Below, one piece after another: positions 38,667 through 48,724 of a DNA stretch of 64,000 nt. The stretch is from the NCBI GenBank assembly GCA_044344255.1, contig JBIJDH010000016.1, positions 124,937 to 188,936 of the forward strand. Direction: 5' to 3'. How positions within the stretch are numbered: the first letter of the stretch is position 1; the number at the start of each line of letters is the position of its first letter. Origin of the DNA: Myxococcota bacterium (GTDB lineage: Bacteria > Myxococcota_A > UBA796 > UBA2385). A program made the position numbers and the translations under genes. Under the pieces are notes generated by a model, which ran no database searches, was not told the origin of the DNA, and saw nothing but the letters and a program-made list of their open reading frames with translations.

Positions 38667-39358
38667 TGCGTTCCGCTGCTGCCCCCTCTCTCCTCCCCCT
38701 CTTCGCCCTCACCGTGCTCGCCGCGGGCTGCTCGCGAGGCCCCTTCAACGCGCCTCCTGGCTCCCGGGTGAGCTTGACGCCCTCCGAGCGCATCGTCATC
38801 GCAGGGGAGTTCTACTGCTACTCTGACCTGAACGGTCAGATGGGCGCGGTGGATGCGATTGTGGTTGACTCCGCCGGCCTGCCCTTGAACAACGTCTACG
38901 TCGAGATCTTCGCCGAGCCGGGCGTGTATGTGTTGCCGGCCGAGGCCCTCAAGCTCGTCGAGTATCCCGAGGCTCCCGCCGATTATGCCGCGCAGTACGC
39001 TGAGTCCTGTGACAACGGCAGCGGCGGCGTGAAGGCGGGCGCGCCCGACTGGTGTGTCTGGTACTTCGACACGGTCGCCGGGGAATTCTACGACTTCAGC
39101 GGCGAGTACGCAGACGCCTACGGCACCTCTGACAGCGGAGTGCCGTACGCCTTCCGGCCGGACTACTTCAAGGGCGTGACGAACAGCTCCGGCGTCATCC
39201 GTTTTTGGTACTTCATCGATCAGCTCCCGGTGAAGGCTGCCTCCGGCGAGGACACCGCCGCTGACGCCCTCTGTGATACCTCCGCCTTTACGAACTCGAG
39301 CGTGCTGATCACGATCGGCGTAGACAGCCAGTCCTTTGACATCCGCGCCGGGACCTGA
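38663..39358 (+). CDS. hypothetical lipoprotein, possibly Ig-like
   Basis: Lipobox AAGC; VVDSAGLPLNNVYV...TNSSGV. Confidence 0.7.
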   Translation: MMRSAAAPSLLPLFALTVLAAGCSRGPFNAPPGSRVSLTPSERIVIAGEFYCYSDLNGQMGAVDAIVVDSAGLPLNNVYVEIFAEPGVYVLPAEALKLVEYPEAPADYAAQYAESCDNGSGGVKAGAPDWCVWYFDTVAGEFYDFSGEYADAYGTSDSGVPYAFRPDYFKGVTNSSGVIRFWYFIDQLPVKAASGEDTAADALCDTSAFTNSSVLITIGVDSQSFDIRAGT

Positions 39359-39365
39359 GCGGCTC

Positions 39366-39647
39366 GTGGCGGAGCGCCCCGCAGCAGACCCCTTCGCGAC
39401 CCCGGTCGTGGCGGCGCGGCTGGAGGCCGCCGGTCGTCGCGCCGATGCCGTTCGAGTGTGGGCGGCGATCGCCGAGGGAGACGCGACGCGGGCCGAGGAG
39501 CCGCTCAGCCGGCTGCTCTCCCAGCCGGTCCGGGTCCCGCCCGCTCCACGGCCCGAGCCCCCCCTGCCGCCGAGCTGGCAGATCGAGGCCTTGCCGGAGC
39601 CCGCCCGCAGCCTTTGGCGTTGGGCGCGCTCCGTTCGAGAGGGATGA
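39366..39647 (+). CDS. small hypothetical protein (single TPR-like remnant)
   Basis: Fills the gap before aroQ; PFATPVVAARLEAAG...LWRWARSVR; start uncertain (39336 or 39366). Confidence 0.5.
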   Translation: MAERPAADPFATPVVAARLEAAGRRADAVRVWAAIAEGDATRAEEPLSRLLSQPVRVPPAPRPEPPLPPSWQIEALPEPARSLWRWARSVREG

Positions 39648-40112
39648 GTGCGGATCCTCGTGCTCCACGGCCCGAACCTCAACCTGCTCGGCCGCCGCGA
39701 GCCGGCCGTCTACGGGCCGGTGACCCTCGCGAGCATCACGGCCGAGCTCGATCGGGTCGCGGCTGAGCGCGGCGTTGTGCTCGAGCACGCGCAGTCAAAC
39801 CACGAAGGGGCCTTGATCGACCTCATCCAGGGCGCGGCCGGTCGCGTGGAGGGGATCGTCTTCAACCCGGGCGGCTACACCCACACCTCGGTGGCCCTTC
39901 GTGACGCGCTGCTCGCGGTCGGGCTGCCCTTCGTCGAGGTCCACCTCTCCAATGTGCACGCCCGAGAGCCCTTCCGGCATCGCAGCCTGATGGCGGACGT
40001 CGCGGTGGGGCAGATTGCGGGCTTCGGCGCGTCCAGCTACACGCTTGGCCTCCTGGGGCTGCTCGGGCACCTCGGCAGGCCACCTGGCCCTCGTCCACCT
40101 GCTGCTTCGTAG
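39648..40112 (+). CDS. aroQ: type II 3-dehydroquinate dehydratase
   Basis: [34 protein letters not shown]. Confidence 0.96.
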   Translation: MRILVLHGPNLNLLGRREPAVYGPVTLASITAELDRVAAERGVVLEHAQSNHEGALIDLIQGAAGRVEGIVFNPGGYTHTSVALRDALLAVGLPFVEVHLSNVHAREPFRHRSLMADVAVGQIAGFGASSYTLGLLGLLGHLGRPPGPRPPAAS

Positions 40113-40121
40113 GTCATCTGG

Positions 40122-40568
40122 ATGGAACTGGAACGGATTGAATCCCTGCTCAAGCTGATGCGCGAGTACGGTCTCGGGGAGATGGAGATCGAGTCGGACG
40201 GATCGCGGATCGCGCTCCGCATGCCGGTGGCCCAGGTCGTGGCGACGGCGTCGGTGGCTCCGGCCGTCGCGGCGCCGGCGGCCGCCCGTCCAGGTGGCGG
40301 GGAGGGCGCCAAGATGGCCGGCCCGGCTGACCTCTTCATCCGGTCGCCGATGGTGGGCACCTTCTACCGGGCCGCGCGCCCGGATGCGCCGCACTTCATC
40401 GAGGTCGGTGACAAGGTCCGGAAGGGGCAGCCTGTCTGCATCCTCGAGGCCATGAAGCTGATGAACGAGCTGGAGAGCGACGTCTCGGGCACGATCGCCG
40501 AGATCCTGGTCGAGAACGGCCAGCCGGTGCAGTTCGGCCAGCACCTCTTCCGCGTCACGCCCGGGTAG
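40122..40568 (+). CDS. accB: biotin carboxyl carrier protein
   Basis: [15 protein letters not shown]. Confidence 0.96.
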   Translation: MELERIESLLKLMREYGLGEMEIESDGSRIALRMPVAQVVATASVAPAVAAPAAARPGGGEGAKMAGPADLFIRSPMVGTFYRAARPDAPHFIEVGDKVRKGQPVCILEAMKLMNELESDVSGTIAEILVENGQPVQFGQHLFRVTPG

Positions 40569-40615
40569 GGCGTCCCTACTTTCCATCGCGGGGAGGGCCA
40601 CCCCCTCGGGAGGGC

Positions 40616-41965
40616 ATGGTGTTTCACAAGATCCTGATCGCCAACCGTGGCGAGATCGCCCTCCGGGTCATCCGGGCTTGCCGCGAGCTCGGTGTGCGCA
40701 CCGTGGCGGTGTACTCCGAGGCCGATCGCAACGCGCTGCACGTGCGCTTCGCCGATGAGGCGGTCTGCATCGGCCCGCCGATGGCGAAGAAGAGCTACCT
40801 GCACATCCCCAACGTGATCAGCGCCGCCGACATCACCGGCGCCGACGCGGTGCACCCCGGCTACGGCTTCCTCGCTGAGAACATCGCCTTCGCCGAGGCC
40901 GTGCGCGCCCACGGCATGGAGTTCATCGGCCCCTCCACCGAGCACCTCGGCGTCTTTGGCGACAAGCTCTCGGCCAAGGCCGCCGCCCGTGACGCCGGCG
41001 TGCCCCTCCTGCCGGGCAGCGGCGGCGCGGTCGCTGACGTCGAGGAGGCCGTCGTCGTGGCCCGGGCCTGCGGCTTCCCCGTGCTGCTCAAGGCGGCCTT
41101 CGGTGGGGGCGGCAAGGGCATGCGGATCTGCGCCGACGAGGTCGCCCTGCGGCGGAACTTCGACATCACGAGCGCAGAGGCCGAGGCCGCCTTCAGCAAC
41201 GGCGCGGTCTTCGTCGAGCGCTTCCTGCCCGCCCCGCGCCACATCGAGGTGCAGGTCGCGGCGGACAAGTATGGCAACGCCATCCACGTCGGAGAGCGCG
41301 ACTGCTCGATGCAGCGGCGCCACCAGAAGATCATCGAGGAGGCCCCGGCCGCCAACCTCGACCCTGCGCTGCGCGCTCGCATCCTCGCCGCCGCCGTCCG
41401 CCTCGTCGAGCACACCGGCTACTACTCGGTGGGCACCTGCGAGTTCCTCGTGCAGGGAGACGAGTTCTTCTTCCTCGAGGTCAACCCGCGCATCCAGGTC
41501 GAGCACCCCGTGACCGAGCAGGTGACGGGCATCAACCTCGTGGATCTTCAGATCCGACTCGCTGCGGGCGAGAAGATGCCCTACCGACAGGAGGATGTCC
41601 GCTTCCACGGCCACGCGATCGAAGTTCGGGTCAACGCCGAAGATCCCTGGACCTTCCTCCCCTCTCCGGGCCGCATCACCGGCTACCACGCGCCGGGGGG
41701 GCTCGGGATCCGCATCGACTCTGCGGTGCACGAGAACGCCGTGGTGCAGCCCTTTTACGACTCCCTCGTCGCCAAGCTCATCGTCACGGGTCACGACCGG
41801 CCGGCGGCGATCCAGCGCCTGCGTTGGGCGATGCGGGAGCTCGTGGTTGAGGGCATAAAGACCACGCTGCCCTTGCAGCGAGAGCTCGTGGACGATCCCG
41901 CCTTCGTCGCCGCCGCTGTACACACCCGGTACATCGACGAGTGGCTGGGCGGTCGTAAGGCCTGA
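40616..41965 (+). CDS. accC: biotin carboxylase
   Basis: ANRGEIA, HPGYGFLAEN, GGGGKGM, RIQVEHPVTE, YDSLVAK. Confidence 0.96.
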   Translation: MVFHKILIANRGEIALRVIRACRELGVRTVAVYSEADRNALHVRFADEAVCIGPPMAKKSYLHIPNVISAADITGADAVHPGYGFLAENIAFAEAVRAHGMEFIGPSTEHLGVFGDKLSAKAAARDAGVPLLPGSGGAVADVEEAVVVARACGFPVLLKAAFGGGGKGMRICADEVALRRNFDITSAEAEAAFSNGAVFVERFLPAPRHIEVQVAADKYGNAIHVGERDCSMQRRHQKIIEEAPAANLDPALRARILAAAVRLVEHTGYYSVGTCEFLVQGDEFFFLEVNPRIQVEHPVTEQVTGINLVDLQIRLAAGEKMPYRQEDVRFHGHAIEVRVNAEDPWTFLPSPGRITGYHAPGGLGIRIDSAVHENAVVQPFYDSLVAKLIVTGHDRPAAIQRLRWAMRELVVEGIKTTLPLQRELVDDPAFVAAAVHTRYIDEWLGGRKA

Positions 41966-42057
41966 GCAGCCCCTCTGGGCGGCGGTGACCCGCTCCGCCC
42001 GCCCCTCGCCTCCGCAGGTTGTCCCTTCGCCCCCCTTGCCCGCCCGGATGGTGCCTC

Positions 42058-44484
42058 GTGCTGACCGAACGCGACAAGCTCGAACAGGAGGCCCTCAAGC
42101 TGCTTGAGAAGGGGCAGACCGATCGAGCCCTCGAGCGCTACCAGGCGCTGCTGAAGGCCGACCCTCGCGACCGGCGGGTGCGGCAGAAGGTGGCGGAGCT
42201 CCTGCTCAAGCTCGGGCGCGCCCCCGAGGCGGAGCGGCACCTGCGTGAGATCGTGAAGGCGCTCGTGAGCTCGGGCCAGGAGCGGGCCGCGATCTCGGTC
42301 TTCCAGCAGCTCGTCAAGATGCGGGCCGACGACGCCGAGCTGCGCACCCAGCTCGGTGACGCCTACCTCGCCGCCGGCTTCCCCAACGACGCCCGCGCGG
42401 CCTATGAACAGTCGGTGGAGATGCTGCGGATCCAGCCGGCCAAGGCCGTGGAGGTCCAGCGGCGGATCATCAAGCTGGCGCCCGGTGAGTTCCCCCAGAA
42501 GGTCAAGCTCGGCGAGCTGATGGAGGCCGCCAACTGGACAGAGGCGGCCTTCCTCGAGTGGCGGGGCCTCTCGCAGGAGGCGCAGCGCCTCGGCCGCCCC
42601 GATGATCGGGCCCGCTTCCTCGAGCTGGCCCTCCGCCTCCGCCCCGACAACGTCGAGGTCAAGGTCGACGCCGCCGAGGCGCGGGTGGCGATGGGGGAGC
42701 CCCGCCTCGCTGTGCCGCACCTCGAGGCGGCGATCAAGGCCGCTCCGGGCAACGCCCGCGCCCTCGCCTTGCTCGGCACCGCCTACGAGAAGCTCGACCA
42801 GACCGAGCTCGCGCGGGGGATCTGGCTCACGGTCGCCCGCAACCTGAAGGACGCTGGTGATGTGGTTGGGCGGGCCGACGCGCTCCGCCACGCCGTCTCC
42901 TGCGGGGCCACCGATCCAGTCATCACCGCCGAGCTGTCCGTCGCCGACCTGCAGGCCGAGCGCGCCCGCCTCCGCCTCGACGGGCAGGACTGGGCCCAGC
43001 CCGAGGTCGACGCCGAGCTGCTCCCCGTGGTGCGCGCCTCGGTGCAGGCTCGCTACGGCTTCCCCGATCGTGCCCGGCGCACGTTGGAGGGGTCGGGGGC
43101 CGTGCGCGGCAGCCGGGCGGTGCGGGTGGCCCTCGCCGAGCTGTTGGCCGCCACCGGCGACGCCGCGGCCGCGGTGCGCGAGCTCGCGGAGATCGCCCCG
43201 CCGAGCCCCGCCGCCCGCGACCAGCTGGAGATCCGGAGCGCGGCGCTCGCGGGGCGGCTCGACTCGCTCAGCCTCCGCCCCGCGCCTTCGGTCAGCGCCT
43301 CGCCCAGCCCCTCTGCCGGCCGCGGGTCCACCTCGGCCAGCCCCTTCGGCGGAGACCCCGACGACGAGGTCATCGACGACGAGGAGCTCGTCGCCAGCCC
43401 CGCGCCTGCGCGGCCGACCCCGCTCGCCGTCCGGTCCGCCGCGGGCTCGCTCGACGAGATCATCGACGACGACTTGGTGGTCGACGAGATGGTGGTCGAC
43501 GAGATCATCGACGACGAGGTCGACGATGACGAGATCGTCGACGACGAGGTCGTGGTGGATGAGGTCCTCGACGACGAGATCGTCGAGGACGACGCCACCG
43601 ACCACGGGGCGGGCCCGACCGCCAGCGATCCCTGGGCTCGTGCCCTGCAGGAGCCCGATGGAGGGGAGCGGGTGGAGGATGAGCCGACCGACCCCGGTCT
43701 CGACGCAGATGAGTGGGACATCGGGGCCCAAGGCTTCGATTCGCCTCCCGAGCCCCGCCCCGAACGGCGGCCCGAGCCCATCTGGTCGGAGGATGCGGAC
43801 CTCGCGCGGGTCGAGGAGGCCGCTGGGGACGCCCTCGCCGCCAGCGGGCGGATCGAAGAGGCCCTCGCCGCCTACCGCCGCTCGCTCGGCGCCGATCCGG
43901 GGAGCCAGGAGGTGCTGCTGAAGGTCGGCGACCTGATGAGCGCCGCCCGGCGGCCGTCCGCCCCGGTCGCGCCGCCTGCGCGGCTCGTCCCGGTGGCGCC
44001 ACCCGCGCCGATGGCCTCGGCGGCCCCACCGATCGAGCCGACGCTCGACTTCGGCGGCGCGCCCGACTTCGGCGAGATCTTCGGCGGCGCGCGGATCGCC
44101 GCCGGCCTGGATCCCCTCGAGCTCGACGACCCCCAGGGCCCCCTCGGCACCGCGCGGGCCTGGCTGCTCGTCGGCCGCGGTCGGGAGGCCCTCGCGGCCC
44201 TCTCGGCGTCAGAGGGGCTGGAGGCGCGGCTGCTCAGCGCCCGGGCCCGCCGGCTGCTGGGTGAGCTGCCCGTCGCCACGGCCGAGCTGGCGGCGGCGGT
44301 CTCCGAGGCCGCGGAGACCGATCCCCTCTACAACGAGGCCCTCTTCGAGCTCGCCTGCTGCAACGCCGCCACCGGCAAGGTGCGCGCAGGGAGGCGCCTC
44401 GTCGAGGAGCTGGTCGACCTCGATCCCCGCTGGCGCCCGGCCGACGTCGCCGCCCTGCGGCGCGCCTTCGAGCTCCTCAGCTGA
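42058..44484 (+). CDS. TPR protein with acidic linker, SgmX-like by architecture and synteny
   Basis: N-terminal TPRs, Asp/Glu-rich middle, C-terminal TPRs; lies between accC and tamB-like; GTG 42058 preferred. Confidence 0.75.
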   Translation: MLTERDKLEQEALKLLEKGQTDRALERYQALLKADPRDRRVRQKVAELLLKLGRAPEAERHLREIVKALVSSGQERAAISVFQQLVKMRADDAELRTQLGDAYLAAGFPNDARAAYEQSVEMLRIQPAKAVEVQRRIIKLAPGEFPQKVKLGELMEAANWTEAAFLEWRGLSQEAQRLGRPDDRARFLELALRLRPDNVEVKVDAAEARVAMGEPRLAVPHLEAAIKAAPGNARALALLGTAYEKLDQTELARGIWLTVARNLKDAGDVVGRADALRHAVSCGATDPVITAELSVADLQAERARLRLDGQDWAQPEVDAELLPVVRASVQARYGFPDRARRTLEGSGAVRGSRAVRVALAELLAATGDAAAAVRELAEIAPPSPAARDQLEIRSAALAGRLDSLSLRPAPSVSASPSPSAGRGSTSASPFGGDPDDEVIDDEELVASPAPARPTPLAVRSAAGSLDEIIDDDLVVDEMVVDEIIDDEVDDDEIVDDEVVVDEVLDDEIVEDDATDHGAGPTASDPWARALQEPDGGERVEDEPTDPGLDADEWDIGAQGFDSPPEPRPERRPEPIWSEDADLARVEEAAGDALAASGRIEEALAAYRRSLGADPGSQEVLLKVGDLMSAARRPSAPVAPPARLVPVAPPAPMASAAPPIEPTLDFGGAPDFGEIFGGARIAAGLDPLELDDPQGPLGTARAWLLVGRGREALAALSASEGLEARLLSARARRLLGELPVATAELAAAVSEAAETDPLYNEALFELACCNAATGKVRAGRRLVEELVDLDPRWRPADVAALRRAFELLS

Positions 44485-44579
44485 TCGGTGGTCGGCGTCG
44501 GGTGGGCCGCCAGCGCCGGGGGGGGCTTGCCAGTCGAGCGCAGACGTGTGATGGGTGGGGGTCAACGGAAGTCCTGTTT

Positions 44580-44655
44580 GCGGGCGTAGCTCAGTTGGTA
44601 GAGCATGAGCTTCCCAAGCTCAGGGTCGCGGGTTCGAATCCCGTCGCCCGCTCCA
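44580..44655 (+). tRNA. tRNA-Gly (CCC)
   Basis: Acceptor GCGGGCG/CGCCCGC; anticodon arm TGAGC-TTCCCAA-GCTCA; TTCGAAT T-loop; encoded CCA. Confidence 0.97.
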
Positions 44656-44689
44656 GCTTCCGGCACCGGGCGCAGCAGAGGGAGGGCTG

Positions 44690-47600
44690 ATGGCCACGAG
44701 GCCCCGCCGCTTCCTCCGCGTGCTCGCGTGGTTGACCGTCTCTCTGTTGTTGTCGGTCGTGGTGCTCCTCCTGGTGCTCCGCTCCGACCGCTTCGGGCTC
44801 TGGCTGGCGCGCCTCGCGGAGGCCACGATCGCCGCCGAGACGGGCGAGCGGGCGCTGATCTCGTCGGTGGACGTAGACCCCCTCCACGGGCGCCTCCAGC
44901 TCCGCGGGCTGGTGCTCAGCCACCGCGATGAAGACCCCGGGCGGGACGGCGCGACCCTCCTCGCCGCCGAGTCCGTGGCCGTGACGATGGAGCTCCGCGA
45001 CGGGAGGCCGGCGCTGCGGCGGGTGGAGCTCGCGCGGCCGGTGCTCCACCTCCACATCGACCCCGACGGCCTGCGGGAGCTGCCGGGGCGCCGCGGCGGC
45101 GGAGGCGGCGGGGATGACGCGGAGGTCGAGCTCCCTTGGCGGGAGCTCTGGGTCTATGGCGGCGCGGTGCGGGTGGACGGCCCGGACTGGCTGGTCTCGG
45201 CGGAGGGGGTGAGCGTCACCCCCGAGGCGCAGCCGGGTCGGCAGGCCGTCGACGTCGATCGGGTGCGCCTCGGCTACCGCGGGGCCGAGCAGCGCTCGAC
45301 CTCCGTGCACTTCGGCGGGGTGCGGATCGGCGGCGGCGTGGTCGAGCTGCCCGAGGTCGCCCTCCGCTTCCCCGACCTCGACGTCAGCGGCGCCGTCGCG
45401 GTCTACAGCGGGCGCCGCTACGAGGGCGACCTCAACATCCGCCTCGACCTCGCCGCCCTCAACCCCCTCACCCTGCCCGGTGTGGGCCTGTCCGGCGTGA
45501 TCCGCGCCGACGCAGAGCTGGGGGGCACCGTCGATGAGCCGGCCTTCGTGGGCTCGCTCATCTCCGACGGCCTCTCGGTCGCCCGCCACCAGCAGAGCGG
45601 CGACCTCCTCTACGATCCTGGCCCCATGCGGAGCTCCTGGGGGCTGCACGGCCGGGTGGTGAGCTTCGGCCCGCTGGCGACCCGCTTTGGAGATGGGCTC
45701 TTGGTCGCGAGCGGCAGCTACGACCTCGCCAGCACCGGCTTCCAGGTCACGGTGGCGGGGGAGGACCTCTCCCTCTACGACGCCTTCCAGCAAGGCCACG
45801 TCAACCCGGCGCCCTGGGTGGATCTGCGGCTCGACGCCGAGCTCCAGGGTGCAGGCACCCTCTCGCCCCTGCGCATCTTCGGCAGCTTCGACATCGCGGC
45901 GCGTGACCTCGTCGTGCGCTCCGGTCCGGCCCGCGATCCGAGTCGCTCGGTCATCCTCGGCATGCCTGCGGTGGCGCTCGAGGGGCAGCTCGACCTCGAC
46001 CCCGACCGCCTGCGCCTGCTGGCCCGCCGGATCTACAGCCGGGGCTCCAGCGGGCGAGTGGACGCCCTGATCGACTTCGCCGGAGACGGCGATCTGGACG
46101 TGCAGATCGACCTCCCCGTGCTCTGGCTCGAGGAGCTGCGGCCCCTCGGCGGGGTGGAGCTCGGCGGCTCCACCACGGCCCACCTGCGCTTGAGCGGCCC
46201 CTACTCCCGGCTCGCCCTCAGCGGGGACCTCGCGGTGCGCGACTTCTCCCTCGCCGGGATCCCGCTCGCCGACGAGCTCCGCTCCCCGGTGGACAGCGCC
46301 AACCTGCGCACCTTGCGCTTCACCGACCTCCAAGGGCGGCGGCGGGACACCGACTATGCCGGCTCCCTCGACCTCGACTTCGTGCCGCCCGAGGGCCGGC
46401 CGGGCCCCGAGCTCGACCTCGCCCTGCACCTCGATCCGGGCCGCCTGCGCGACCTCACGAGCATGTTCCTCGACCTCGGAGACCTCGACGCCAGCGTCGC
46501 CGGCACGATGACGCTGCGCGGCGCCGTCGATGCCCTCGAGGGCGACATGGAGCTCGCGTTGAGCGACATCGACCTCTACGGCGAGCGCTTCCCGACCGGG
46601 AGCTTCCGGGGCGCGATGCGGGCGGGCCGCTTCACGATGCCCGAGCTCTCGATGGAGCGCGGCGGGGCGGCCCTGCTGGCCCGGGGCAGCGTCGACACCG
46701 ACTGGAGCTTGAACATCGACGTCCTGTCGAGCGGCCTCCGCCTCGAGACCTTGGACCACCTCGCGCCGTCCGAGGCGGATTGGCGCGGGCGGCTGGAGCT
46801 CGACGCGCGGGTCGGCGGCACCCTCTTCGCCCCCGAGCCCCACGGGCGCCTCGCCCTGCGGGACACCTGGATCGGCACCCGCTCGGTGGGCGACAGCACC
46901 GTGTACTTCGACTCCGAGCCGGGGCTGCTCCGGTACACCGGGGGCCTCGCGGGCGATGAGCTCGGCGTGGAGGGCACCCTCGCGCTCGAGGGGGAGGGGG
47001 CCTGGACGCTGGCCGCCGACGCCGACGCCTTCCGCATCAGCACCTTCTACCCCTCGGCGGTCGATGGGACGCCGATCACCGGCACGCTGACCGGCCGGGC
47101 CACCGCCGCGGGCGCGCTGTCGAGCGTCGGGCCGCCCCTGCGCTTCGACGTCTGGGCCGACGCCGTCGCCATCGGCTGGTCGGGCCACCAGCTCGGCTTC
47201 TCCGGCCCCGTCCCCTGGCACTGGCACCAGGACGGCTCGACCTTCGCGCTCAGCGGCGTCCAGCTCTCCGACGGGGACGCCACGCGGGTGACCTTCTCCG
47301 GGGAGCGAGATGAACAGGGCAACCTCCAGCTTCAGGGGGGGGGTGACATCGAGCTCGACCTGCTCCGCGCCGTGGTGCCCGGCCTCGAGCGCGCGGCGGG
47401 CCTGGCCCGGGTGGAGGTGGAGGTGGCCGGCCCCCGCGGAGGCGCCCAGCCGGTGGTGCGCGCCTGTGTCACCAATGGACTGATCCAGGGGGACTGGTTC
47501 CCCGAGGCGGTGGAGGACATTCACGCCACGCTCGTCGGGACGGCCGATGGGTACGAGATCCGCGGCGTCTCGGACGGGCCCGATCCCTGCTCGGGCGAGC

Positions 47601-48724
47601 TGGCGGCGAAGGCGAACGGGCGCCTCGGCGGCGGCACCTGGACGGGCGGCGGGCGCATCGACGCCGAGGGCTGGGCCCCCGAGCGCTACGAGCTCTCGGT
47701 GGACGTAGCCGACGCCCGGGTGCGCTATCTCGACTTCCTGCCGCCCTTGGTCGGGGACGCGCACATTGGCTTCGACGGCCCCAAGGGCGCCCTGCTCCTC
47801 TCGGGCCAGATCGACGTCGTCGACATGCTCTTCGCCGATCGGATCGACTGGGAGGACTGGGTGCTCGAGGTGTCGGGCGGCCACCTCGCGGGCGCCGCGG
47901 CCGCCGAGACCAGCGACTACTTCGCGATCGACCTCAACGTGAAGGCCGACGAGACCATCCGCGTGCGGAACAACATGGGCGACTTCGTGGCCTCCGCCGA
48001 CCTCCACTTCGAGGGCAACACCGCCCGCCCGGGCATGGTGGGCGACGTGCGGGCCCGGCCGGGTGGGCGGGTGTACCTCAAGGAGCGAGAGTTCGAGATC
48101 GCGCGCACCGAGCTTCACTTTGTCGATCCGTACACCTACGATCCCGACCTCGACGTGGCGCTCGGCACCGAGGTGCGCACCCGCGACGACCGCTACAACA
48201 TCGACTACCGCGTCACGGGCGCCTACAGCGACTGGCGGGCGGAGACCCGCTCCGACCCCCCGCTCCCCGAGGCCGACATCAACGCCCTGCTCGTCTTCGG
48301 CATGACCACCGAGGAGCTCGACCGCTACGGCGGCCTCACCGGCGCCCTCGCCGCCGAGGGCTCCGACCTGCTCGCCTCGAAGCTCGGCATCGTCGAGAGC
48401 ATGGGCCAGGGCGTGGGCAGCATCTTCGGCATCGACGTGCTGCGCCCCGAGCGCATCGACCTCGTGTCGGGGGTCAACGAGCGGGGCTCGGGCACCATCT
48501 CGTCGGAGGTGCGCGTGTTGGCCGAGTGGGACGTGGGCTGGGGCACGACGTTCATCTACGAGCAGAACGCGGTCCGCCCGCGCGACCTCTACCTCGGCTT
48601 CGAGAAGCGCCTCGCCCGCAAGCTCTACCTGCGGAGCTACTGGGCCACCGAGCAGGTGGGCCGCACACTCCCGATCAACGGCGCCGTTGGCCTGGAGACC
48701 AACCTCCGCTGGGAGTTCGACTGA
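44690..48724 (+). CDS. tamB: TamB/AsmA-like translocation-assembly protein
   Basis: N-terminal TM helix; 1344 aa beta-rich; DPDLDV, SDPPLPEADINALLVFG; adjacent Omp85 gene. Confidence 0.85.
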   Translation: MATRPRRFLRVLAWLTVSLLLSVVVLLLVLRSDRFGLWLARLAEATIAAETGERALISSVDVDPLHGRLQLRGLVLSHRDEDPGRDGATLLAAESVAVTMELRDGRPALRRVELARPVLHLHIDPDGLRELPGRRGGGGGGDDAEVELPWRELWVYGGAVRVDGPDWLVSAEGVSVTPEAQPGRQAVDVDRVRLGYRGAEQRSTSVHFGGVRIGGGVVELPEVALRFPDLDVSGAVAVYSGRRYEGDLNIRLDLAALNPLTLPGVGLSGVIRADAELGGTVDEPAFVGSLISDGLSVARHQQSGDLLYDPGPMRSSWGLHGRVVSFGPLATRFGDGLLVASGSYDLASTGFQVTVAGEDLSLYDAFQQGHVNPAPWVDLRLDAELQGAGTLSPLRIFGSFDIAARDLVVRSGPARDPSRSVILGMPAVALEGQLDLDPDRLRLLARRIYSRGSSGRVDALIDFAGDGDLDVQIDLPVLWLEELRPLGGVELGGSTTAHLRLSGPYSRLALSGDLAVRDFSLAGIPLADELRSPVDSANLRTLRFTDLQGRRRDTDYAGSLDLDFVPPEGRPGPELDLALHLDPGRLRDLTSMFLDLGDLDASVAGTMTLRGAVDALEGDMELALSDIDLYGERFPTGSFRGAMRAGRFTMPELSMERGGAALLARGSVDTDWSLNIDVLSSGLRLETLDHLAPSEADWRGRLELDARVGGTLFAPEPHGRLALRDTWIGTRSVGDSTVYFDSEPGLLRYTGGLAGDELGVEGTLALEGEGAWTLAADADAFRISTFYPSAVDGTPITGTLTGRATAAGALSSVGPPLRFDVWADAVAIGWSGHQLGFSGPVPWHWHQDGSTFALSGVQLSDGDATRVTFSGERDEQGNLQLQGGGDIELDLLRAVVPGLERAAGLARVEVEVAGPRGGAQPVVRACVTNGLIQGDWFPEAVEDIHATLVGTADGYEIRGVSDGPDPCSGELAAKANGRLGGGTWTGGGRIDAEGWAPERYELSVDVADARVRYLDFLPPLVGDAHIGFDGPKGALLLSGQIDVVDMLFADRIDWEDWVLEVSGGHLAGAAAAETSDYFAIDLNVKADETIRVRNNMGDFVASADLHFEGNTARPGMVGDVRARPGGRVYLKEREFEIARTELHFVDPYTYDPDLDVALGTEVRTRDDRYNIDYRVTGAYSDWRAETRSDPPLPEADINALLVFGMTTEELDRYGGLTGALAAEGSDLLASKLGIVESMGQGVGSIFGIDVLRPERIDLVSGVNERGSGTISSEVRVLAEWDVGWGTTFIYEQNAVRPRDLYLGFEKRLARKLYLRSYWATEQVGRTLPINGAVGLETNLRWEFD

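Noticed and set aside
44580..44690. tRNA-Gly as an integration site
   Set aside because: No integrase or duplicated tRNA 3' end seen; tamB-like gene follows within 35 nt
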